35,491 bases of DNA from an uncultured Bacilli bacterium (lineage in GTDB: Bacteria > Bacillota_I > Bacilli_A > RF39 > UBA660), in the NCBI GenBank assembly GCA_944351315.1, contig CALVPL010000034.1:1-35491 (forward strand). The letters run 5' to 3'. The position numbers and the translations under genes are program-made. Positions 28,928 through 35,491 of this stretch are shown here, piece by piece; the first letter of the stretch is position 1, and every line of letters begins with the position of its first letter. The notes under the pieces are model-generated. The model was given only the letters and a program-made list of their open reading frames with translations. It was not told the origin of the DNA and ran no database searches.

Positions 28928-30202
28928 ATGTCTAAAGGGTCTCTCAAGTTATTTTCTAGTGATGCCAAAGATTTAAGAAAAAGAATTTTATTTACATTAT
29001 TTGTTCTAGGTATTTATGCTTTAGGAACAGGTATTACTATTGTATGGGCCGCACCTTGGTTAGGTTCTTTATACAGCGAGTTAGATTTTCTTGGTGTATT
29101 TAACCTAATGAGCGGCGGGGGTTTTGAAAAGTTTGCTATCTTTGGCCTTGGAGTAACCCCATATATTAATGCATCAATAGTAACTCAACTTTTAACTATG
29201 GATATTATTCCATATTTTAAAGAATTAAAAGAGCAAGGATATGTCGGTAGACAAAAAATTAACCGAATTACTCGGTATTTAGGAATTATTTTAGCTTTTA
29301 TTCAAGCTTATGTATTAACTGTTTTCTTGCTCGGTGTAAATGATGTATCCATGATTCTTAAAATAACCTTAGTTATGACAGCTGGTACTTCTTTCCTTTT
29401 ATGGTTAGGAGATCAGATTACAAATAAAGGAATTGGTAATGGACAATCCTTACTTATCATGGCTAGTATTGTTTTAAGTTTACCAGCAGTTTTTACTGGT
29501 GCTTATAATGTGTTTATTGGTGCTGGTACTTATGCAAACTGGGTTGGAATTATTTTCTTCGCTGCTTATCTAATTATGTATCTACTTGTTATTGTAGGTA
29601 TTGTTTGGATTACTTTAGCTGAAAGAAGAATTCCTATTCAATATGCAAATAAAACAGTAAGTGCATACGGTGCAAAACAATCTTATTTACCATTGCGTAT
29701 TAATTATGCAGGAGTAATGCCAGTTATTTTTGCTTCAATGCTCTTAACTATTCCATCTATTGTTGTAACAATTATTGGAAATCAAAATGCAATTGATTTT
29801 GTAAATAAATATATTATGTATACTTCTGTACCTGGATTTATTCTATATATTGCTTTAATTGTATTCTTTAGTTATTTTTATACATTTATGGCAATGAATC
29901 CTGAGGAAATGAGTAAAGACTTAAATAAAAGTGGAGCTTATATTCCTGGAGTAAGACCTGGTGCTGAAACAACAAAATATATTAGTAATGTCGTTGGAAG
30001 ATTAACTTTAGTTGGATCTTTATTCATTGCTATTTTAGCTGGAATGCCAATTTTAATTTCCAACTTAACTGGTTTACCTCAATCTGTAGCGATTGGTGGT
30101 ACTGGAATTTTAATCGTTGTCGGTGTGGCGATTGAAACTTATAAACAAGTTCAAAGTGGTCTTGTTTCAAGAAAGTATTCAAGTAGGAGAAGAAATTCGT
30201 GA
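28928..30202 (+). CDS. secY: Preprotein translocase subunit SecY
   Basis: 424 aa, 10-TM-like profile. 'GVTPYINASIVTQLL', 'GNGQSLLIM'. Conserved operon position. Confidence 0.96.
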   Translation: MSKGSLKLFSSDAKDLRKRILFTLFVLGIYALGTGITIVWAAPWLGSLYSELDFLGVFNLMSGGGFEKFAIFGLGVTPYINASIVTQLLTMDIIPYFKELKEQGYVGRQKINRITRYLGIILAFIQAYVLTVFLLGVNDVSMILKITLVMTAGTSFLLWLGDQITNKGIGNGQSLLIMASIVLSLPAVFTGAYNVFIGAGTYANWVGIIFFAAYLIMYLLVIVGIVWITLAERRIPIQYANKTVSAYGAKQSYLPLRINYAGVMPVIFASMLLTIPSIVVTIIGNQNAIDFVNKYIMYTSVPGFILYIALIVFFSYFYTFMAMNPEEMSKDLNKSGAYIPGVRPGAETTKYISNVVGRLTLVGSLFIAILAGMPILISNLTGLPQSVAIGGTGILIVVGVAIETYKQVQSGLVSRKYSSRRRNS

Positions 30203-30837
30203 AAAACGTGATTTTTCTTGCTCCTCCTGCCGCTGGCAAGGGAACTTTCAGTGAATTATTAATTCAAAAATATGGTTATCAACATATTTCTTCTGGTGAA
30301 TTATTACGAGATGAAGCTTTAAAAAATAAAGAACTTGCTAAAGAATTAGAAAATGGTCAATTAATTTCAGATGAAGTTGTGATGAAGTTGGTTGTGGATA
30401 AGCTCCATTCCTCTTTTTCAAATTCAAATTTTATCTTAGATGGAATTCCAAGAACTTTTAATCAAGTTCATTTATTGGAACAATATATTCAATTAGATCA
30501 ATTTGTGGTTATTTATATCCATGTGGATAAATCTGTTTTACTAAAAAGAGTTTTAGGAAGAAGGGTTTGTCCAAATTGTGAAAAGAATTATAATGTTTCT
30601 TTTGAAAAATTTCGACCTGAGGTAGAAAATGTTTGTGATGTTTGTTCTTCTTCATTAATTAAAAGGACCGATGATACTGAAGAAGCTTTTTTAAAACGAT
30701 ATCAAACGTATATTGAACGAATTAAACCTATTTTAGAGTATTATCAAAATAAAGGAATTTTATATACGATTTCTAATAATTCAGAAGATCAAACAGAAGC
30801 TTTAAGAAAGTTGGTTGATGTTATACATGACAATTAA
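30199..30837 (+). CDS. adk: Adenylate kinase (zinc-lid type, atypical P-loop)
   Basis: GTG start after AGGAG. 'APPAAGKGT', 'ISSGELLR', 'LDGIPRT', and lid 'CPNCEKNYN...CDVCSSSLIKRTDD'. Confidence 0.92.
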   Translation: MKNVIFLAPPAAGKGTFSELLIQKYGYQHISSGELLRDEALKNKELAKELENGQLISDEVVMKLVVDKLHSSFSNSNFILDGIPRTFNQVHLLEQYIQLDQFVVIYIHVDKSVLLKRVLGRRVCPNCEKNYNVSFEKFRPEVENVCDVCSSSLIKRTDDTEEAFLKRYQTYIERIKPILEYYQNKGILYTISNNSEDQTEALRKLVDVIHDN

Positions 30838-31570
30838 AAGTCCTCGAGAAATTCTTTTAATGAAAGAAGCTGGGCATATTAATTTTCTAGCTCATAAAGA
30901 AATGGAAAAATATATGAAACCAGGAATTACAACTAAGGAAATTGATCAACACATTTATGATTTTGTTACGAAATTAGGGGGTTATCCTTCTTGTTTAGGA
31001 TACGAGGGTTTTCCTGGCAGTGCATGTATAAGTATTAATGATGAAGTGGTTCATGGAATACCTGGTAAAAGAAAGTTAAAAAATGGCGACATTGTAAAAC
31101 TTGATTTTACAGTTCGAAAAGCTGGTTATGAAAGTGATATGACAAGAACCTATTTAATAGGTGATGTTGATCCAGAAGTAAAACAAATGGTTATGGATAC
31201 TGAACAAGCTTTATATCAGGGCTTGAAAGTTATTAAACCTGGTGCTAGAATAGGAGATATTGGGCATGCGATTAGCACTTATGCTCATAATCATGGATTA
31301 TCTGTTGTAGAAGAGTTAGTGGGTCATGGAATTGGAACGGATATGCACGAAGAACCAGATGTTCCAAATTATGGAGAACCAAATACAGGTTTGGTTTTAA
31401 AAGAGGGCATGGTTTTAGCAGTTGAGCCGATGCTTAATTTGGGTAGCAAAGAAGTTGCAATGTTAGAAAATGACTGGACTATAGTAACTATGGATGGTAG
31501 TCCGTCTGCACATTTTGAACATACCGTTTGTGTTACAAAAGACGGGTATGAAATATTAACGGGAGAATAA
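30827..31570 (+). CDS. map: Methionine aminopeptidase type I
   Basis: '[16 protein letters not shown]', metal ligands in 'DFTV...DMTRT', 'GHGIG', 'LAVEPM', 'FEHTV'. Alternative start ATG 30818. Confidence 0.93.
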   Translation: MTIKSPREILLMKEAGHINFLAHKEMEKYMKPGITTKEIDQHIYDFVTKLGGYPSCLGYEGFPGSACISINDEVVHGIPGKRKLKNGDIVKLDFTVRKAGYESDMTRTYLIGDVDPEVKQMVMDTEQALYQGLKVIKPGARIGDIGHAISTYAHNHGLSVVEELVGHGIGTDMHEEPDVPNYGEPNTGLVLKEGMVLAVEPMLNLGSKEVAMLENDWTIVTMDGSPSAHFEHTVCVTKDGYEILTGE

Positions 31571-31574
31571 AAAT

Positions 31575-31862
31575 ATGGCGAAAAAAAATGATCGAAAAAG
31601 TAATTTACAAAGTAAAGATGTAGTTAAGTCAAGACCGGTGAGTAATCAAAAGTCTGACAAAATAGAAGTGGAAGGTAAAGTGGTTGATGTTTTAAAAGGC
31701 GGAGACTATATTGTAGAACTTCCTAATGGTTATACTGTAGAGGCCTACGTTTCTGGTAAAATGCGAGTAAATATGATTCGTATCTTACCAGGTGATACAG
31801 TCACCATAGAGCTTTCTCCTTATGATTTAACACGTGGGCGAATTATATGGAATAAAAGATAA
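31575..31862 (+). CDS. infA: Translation initiation factor IF-1 with N-terminal extension
   Basis: Core '[11 protein letters not shown]...VSGKMR...[23 protein letters not shown]'. ATG 31575 has a GGGAG SD. In-frame GTG 31638 would give a canonical length but lacks an SD. Confidence 0.9.
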   Translation: MAKKNDRKSNLQSKDVVKSRPVSNQKSDKIEVEGKVVDVLKGGDYIVELPNGYTVEAYVSGKMRVNMIRILPGDTVTIELSPYDLTRGRIIWNKR

Positions 31863-31877
31863 TGGAGGTAAAGAAAT

Positions 31878-31994
31878 ATGAAAGTTAGACCATCTGTAAA
31901 ACCTATTTGCAAAAAATGCAAAAAAATTAAAAGAAACGGAAAAGTTATGATTATTTGTGAAAATCCAAAACACAAACAAACTCAAGGTAAATAA
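31878..31994 (+). CDS. rpmJ: 50S ribosomal protein L36 (bL36)
   Basis: Not in the ORF track. Translation is '[38 protein letters not shown]' after a GGAGG SD. Confidence 0.95.
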   Translation: MKVRPSVKPICKKCKKIKRNGKVMIICENPKHKQTQGK

Positions 31995-32011
31995 GGAGCG
32001 TGAATTAAAAA

Positions 32012-32386
32012 ATGGCAAGAATTAAAAATATTGAGTTACCAAGTGAAAAACATATTTGTATTGGACTTACAGCTATTTACGGTATTGGTAGAAGTTTAGC
32101 AAAAACAATTTGTGAAGATGCTGGTGTACCTATTGATCGTAAAGTTAAAGATTTAACAGATGAAGATATTCAAAAACTTCGTAAAGAAGTAGATAAGTAT
32201 ACTGTTGAAGGTGATCTTCGTCGTGATGTTCAAATGAGCATTAAAGAAAAAATGGAAATCAACTCTTACCAAGGAGTTCGTCATAAAAAAGGACTTCCTG
32301 TACGTGGTCAAAGAACAAGCAGAAATGCTCGTACACGTAAGGGTAAAGGTAAAGTAGTTGCTAATAAGAAAAAAGCAGGTAAATAG
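32012..32386 (+). CDS. rpsM: 30S ribosomal protein S13 (uS13)
   Basis: 'MARI...[18 protein letters not shown]', '[17 protein letters not shown]'. Confidence 0.96.
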   Translation: MARIKNIELPSEKHICIGLTAIYGIGRSLAKTICEDAGVPIDRKVKDLTDEDIQKLRKEVDKYTVEGDLRRDVQMSIKEKMEINSYQGVRHKKGLPVRGQRTSRNARTRKGKGKVVANKKKAGK

Positions 32387-32399
32387 GAGGTAAGTATTT

Positions 32400-32783
32400 A
32401 TGGCATATAATAGAAGAAAAAGAAAAATCAAAAAGAATGTCCCTGAGGCAGTTGCTCATATTCATTCAACTTACAATAATACAATTGTAACAATTACAGA
32501 TAAAGATGGTAATGTTCTTAGTTGGGCTAGTGCTGGAACTATTGGATATAAAGGTTCTAAAAAGAAAACTCCTTTTGCAGCTGGAACAAGTGCTGAAGCA
32601 GCTGGTCGTGCTGCCTTAGATTCAGGTGTTAAAAAAGTTGAAGTTCACGTTAAGGGATTAGGAGCTGGTAGAGAAAACGCGATCCGTCAATTACAAGCTG
32701 TAGGATTAGAAGTTACTAGTATCGTTGATGAAACACCAATTCCTCATAATGGATGTCGTCCACCAAAAAGACCAAGAAATTAA
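32400..32783 (+). CDS. rpsK: 30S ribosomal protein S11 (uS11)
   Basis: '[16 protein letters not shown]', '[15 protein letters not shown]'. Confidence 0.97.
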   Translation: MAYNRRKRKIKKNVPEAVAHIHSTYNNTIVTITDKDGNVLSWASAGTIGYKGSKKKTPFAAGTSAEAAGRAALDSGVKKVEVHVKGLGAGRENAIRQLQAVGLEVTSIVDETPIPHNGCRPPKRPRN

Positions 32784-32803
32784 TAGAGGAAGGGGATTAG
32801 AAT

Positions 32804-33748
32804 ATGATTAAATTTGAAAAACCAGATTATAAAATTACTGAATATCAAGAAAATAATCACTATGCAAAATTTGAATTGGAACCTTTAGAAAGAGGTTTTG
32901 GTACTACTATTGGTACAGCACTACGTCGTGTTATGTTATCTAGTATGCCAGGATGTGCTATTACTACTGTAAAAATTGATGGTGTTTTACACGAATTTCA
33001 AAAAATTGATGGCGTATATGAGGATGTAACTGCTATTGTTTTAAATTTAAAGAGTGTTGTTTTAAAAAATCATACAGAAGAAGCTAAGACAATGCGTTTA
33101 GTTGCAAACACACCAGGCCCTGTAACAGCTGGAATGATTGAACATGATCCAGATATTGAAATAGTAAATCCAGATTTTGTCATTTGTAACTTAGTTGAAG
33201 GTGGTAAAATCAGCATGGAACTTACTTGCAATAATGGTAAAGGATATGTTGATTCTAAAGAAAACCAAAAATTATTTGCTGAAGATAAACCAGGTGTTAT
33301 TGCTATTGACTCTTTATATAGTCCAGTTGAAAGAGTAGCTGTTGATGTTGAAAGTGCTCGTGTTGGTCATAATGAAAATTTTGATAAGTTAATTATGGAA
33401 ATTGAAACCAATGGAAGTATTACTCCAGAAGAGTGTATGGCTTTAGCGGCTAAAATTTTAATTGAACATTTTAATATTGTAGCAGATTTAAATTCAATTA
33501 GTGATGTTGCTGGCTTAATGAGTGAAAAGAAAGTAGATACAATTACTAAGACATTAGAAACTCCTATTGAAGAAATTGAGTTCTCTGTACGTGCTTATAA
33601 TTGTTTAAAAAGAGCTGGAATTCATACAGTACAAGATTTAATCAATAAAAAAGAAGTTGAAGTTACGAAGATTCGTAATTTAGGTAAAAAATCTTTAAAA
33701 GAAGTATTAGATAAAGTTGAAGAAATGGGACTTAAGTTCCGCGATTAA
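32804..33748 (+). CDS. rpoA: DNA-directed RNA polymerase subunit alpha
   Basis: 'LERGFGTTIGTALRRVMLSS', and C-terminal domain 'SVRAYNCLKRAGIHTVQDL'. Confidence 0.97.
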   Translation: MIKFEKPDYKITEYQENNHYAKFELEPLERGFGTTIGTALRRVMLSSMPGCAITTVKIDGVLHEFQKIDGVYEDVTAIVLNLKSVVLKNHTEEAKTMRLVANTPGPVTAGMIEHDPDIEIVNPDFVICNLVEGGKISMELTCNNGKGYVDSKENQKLFAEDKPGVIAIDSLYSPVERVAVDVESARVGHNENFDKLIMEIETNGSITPEECMALAAKILIEHFNIVADLNSISDVAGLMSEKKVDTITKTLETPIEEIEFSVRAYNCLKRAGIHTVQDLINKKEVEVTKIRNLGKKSLKEVLDKVEEMGLKFRD

Positions 33749-33762
33749 GGAGGTATTTAAAA

Positions 33763-34104
33763 ATGGCTTATAGAAAACTAAGTAGAGATTCAAAGAAGAG
33801 AAGAAGTATTCTTGCAGGACTCACAAAAACTGTTATTTTAAATGGCAGTGTTGTTACAACTGAAGCTCGTGCTAAAGAAGTTCGTAAATTTGTTGATAAG
33901 TTAATTACCTATGGTAAAAGAGGAACTTTGGTTTCTCGTAGAAAAGCTTTAGCTTTTGTTCATAACGATAACGAAGTAGTAAGTAAAGTATTTAATGAAC
34001 TTGCAACGAAGTATCAAGATCGTAATGGTGGATATACTAGAATCATTAAAATTACTGAACGTGTAGGCGATGATGCTTTACAAGTAAGATTAGAATTAGT
34101 TTAA
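33763..34104 (+). CDS. rplQ: 50S ribosomal protein L17 (bL17)
   Basis: 'MAYRKLSRDSKKRRS', 'GGYTRIIK'. Confidence 0.96.
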   Translation: MAYRKLSRDSKKRRSILAGLTKTVILNGSVVTTEARAKEVRKFVDKLITYGKRGTLVSRRKALAFVHNDNEVVSKVFNELATKYQDRNGGYTRIIKITERVGDDALQVRLELV

Positions 34105-34126
34105 CTCAAGTTTTCTTGAGTTTTTT
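34104..34126 (+). terminator. Rho-independent terminator of the alpha operon
   Basis: Stem ACTCAAG/CTTGAGT with a TTTT loop, followed by T5. Confidence 0.8.
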
Positions 34127-34149
34127 CATGTTTTGAATTTTTAAAATAT

Positions 34150-34178
34150 TTGCAGTTATAAAAATATTTTGTTATACT
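34150..34178 (+). promoter_or_regulatory. Sigma-A-type promoter for trpS
   Basis: TTGCAG (34150-34155), 17-nt spacer, TATACT (34173-34178). Confidence 0.5.
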
Positions 34179-34205
34179 TGGATATATGTGAAAGAAAGTG
34201 AATTT

Positions 34206-35231
34206 ATGGAGAAAAAAACAATTTTAACTGGCATCCGACCTACGGGAAATTTGCATTTTGGTCATTTGTTTGGAGCAGCTCAAAATTGGTTAAAAATGCA
34301 AGATGAATATGATTTTTATTTAGAGATTGCTGATGTTCAAGCTTTAACGGATAATTTTCATAATCCTAGTAAAGTTCACTTAAATGTTTTTGAACTCACA
34401 AGCGATCTATTATCTATTGGGATTGATCCTAATAAAGTGCATATTTTTCTTCAATCTCAAATTCCTGAGATTGCTGAATTGACGGTTTTTTATTCAAATT
34501 TAGTTACGATGGCAAGATTGTATCGTAATCCAACTGTTAAAACAGAAATTGCTCAAAAAAAAGCTTTATTTGGTAATGATGGAGAAAGTGTTACTTATGG
34601 TTTTGTGGGATATCCAGTGAGTCAAGCTGCAGATATTACCGCTTTTAAAGGAGAGTTAATTCCAGTTGGAGAAGATCAACTTCCATTAATTGAACAATGT
34701 CGAGAAATTGTTCGAAAATTTAATTCAATTTATGGTAATGTTTTAAAAGAACCTCTTCCATTTCTTTCTAAGACTCCTAGAATCAAAGGGTTAGATGGTA
34801 ATGAAAAGATGGGAAAAAGTTTAGGAAATGCTATTTTTTTGGTGGATGATGAAGAAGCTATTGCTAAAAAAGTCATGGGAGCTGTAACAGATCCAGAAAA
34901 AATTAAAAAAGATGATCCAGCAAATCCAGAGGTTTGTATGGTATATTATTATCATAAACTTGTAAATCAAGAAAATTTAGAGACAGTTTGTCAAGAATGT
35001 AAAAAGGGATCTCGAGGATGTGTTCAATGTAAAAAAGAACTTATTGGAAAAATGAATGAATTCTTAAAAGAAATCCGCGAAAAGAAACAATATTATCGTG
35101 AACATCCAGAAGAGGTTTTAGCTATTTTACAAAAGGGGACAACGGATGCTCGAAAAGTTGCTATAGAAACAATGAAAGATGTGAAAAAAGCAATGCAAAT
35201 AGATTATTTTGAGGGTGATGATTGTGCGTAA
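34206..35231 (+). CDS. trpS: Tryptophanyl-tRNA synthetase with C-terminal cysteine cluster
   Basis: 'ILTGIRPTGNLHFGH' (HIGH-type) and 'KMGKSLGN' (KMSKS-type). ATG 34206 fits TrpRS N-termini; the track's GTG at 34188 sits at the predicted transcription start. Confidence 0.93.
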   Translation: MEKKTILTGIRPTGNLHFGHLFGAAQNWLKMQDEYDFYLEIADVQALTDNFHNPSKVHLNVFELTSDLLSIGIDPNKVHIFLQSQIPEIAELTVFYSNLVTMARLYRNPTVKTEIAQKKALFGNDGESVTYGFVGYPVSQAADITAFKGELIPVGEDQLPLIEQCREIVRKFNSIYGNVLKEPLPFLSKTPRIKGLDGNEKMGKSLGNAIFLVDDEEAIAKKVMGAVTDPEKIKKDDPANPEVCMVYYYHKLVNQENLETVCQECKKGSRGCVQCKKELIGKMNEFLKEIREKKQYYREHPEEVLAILQKGTTDARKVAIETMKDVKKAMQIDYFEGDDCA

Positions 35232-35250
35232 ACGAGGAGATTTATAGGTT

Positions 35251-35491
35251 ATTCCTTTTAATTCTGAGGAAAACTATCCTATTGATATATTAATAGGACA
35301 AGAACATACTGAAGGATTAATTGATTTTGTTAGGAGAAATTCTTTACCTTTAGATATAAAGATTGACGATTATCATGAAGGTCCTTGTTTATTAGCTTCT
35401 TTAGGTTATATGGTTGTTAAATCTGAAAATGATTCTTCCATTTTGGTTTATTATTTGCCTGAAACGATTAGTGAAAATCAACGTGATTGGT
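35251..35491 (+). CDS. Partial ORF of unknown function (runs off the window; start codon uncertain, possibly ATT)
   Basis: The frame is open from the TAG at 35245-35247 to the window end (about 80 codons). GAGGAG lies at 35234-35239, but there is no ATG/GTG/TTG in frame until far downstream. Confidence 0.35.
   Translation, partial: MPFNSEENYPIDILIGQEHTEGLIDFVRRNSLPLDIKIDDYHEGPCLLASLGYMVVKSENDSSILVYYLPETISENQRDW

Noticed and set aside
20059-32431. Antisense ORFs of 62-117 aa inside the ribosomal cluster (20059-20370, 20587-20940, 22111-22359, 23719-23922, 24164-24355, 25219-25437, 27367-27657, 28590-28790, 30030-30239, 31827-32018, 32153-32431, all on the - strand)
   Set aside because: Each lies fully opposite a highly conserved, confidently identified gene. 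Each has a low-complexity, Phe/Leu/Ile/Ser-rich translation typical of the reverse complement of Lys/Glu-rich genes, and none has an SD. They are frame artefacts.
34127-34205. A T-box or other riboswitch in front of trpS
   Set aside because: The gap is only about 80 nt and is filled by a promoter. It contains no T-box sequence or terminator hairpin.

Overview
AT-rich (roughly two-thirds A+T by eye) bacterial chromosome segment, almost entirely on the + strand. TGA is used as a stop codon (e.g. pcrA ends at 3144-3146), so this is genetic code 11, not the Mycoplasma code. The composition and gene content look like a small-genome, low-GC Bacillota/Mycoplasmatota-type organism; I cannot place it more exactly from sequence alone.

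Gene order:
- gpmI (3' part).
- A pcrA - orf119 - nucleotidyltransferase - ligA - orf295 operon.
- A convergent trmB.
- A four-gene operon of unrecognisable proteins (8.3-12.0 kb).
- A Lys T-box leader, then a small membrane ORF and lysS.
- A YfcC-like transporter, a PPC/DUF296 protein and a compact ClpC-like ATPase.
- A Ku plus ligase-only LigD pair.
- The complete S10-spc-alpha ribosomal cluster: rpsJ to rplQ with secY, adk, map, infA, rpmJ and rpoA, but without rpmD.
- trpS and the start of one more ORF.

No tRNA or rRNA genes, CRISPR array, transposase or integrase is visible.

The best candidate for something undescribed is the translationally coupled 454/67/624/93-aa operon at 8263-12017. 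It has no catalytic motif I can recognise. It contains an HTH-like small protein, a possible RelE/HigB-like C-terminal module and helical-repeat proteins.

Secondary items:
- An unexplained repeat cluster at 7409-7518.
- The T-box plus membrane micro-ORF in front of lysS.
- Extra genes inside the pcrA-ligA unit.
- A cysteine-cluster TrpRS.
- Several unusual extensions or substitutions in core proteins.

All functional calls rest on motifs read by eye from the translations. No database search was possible.
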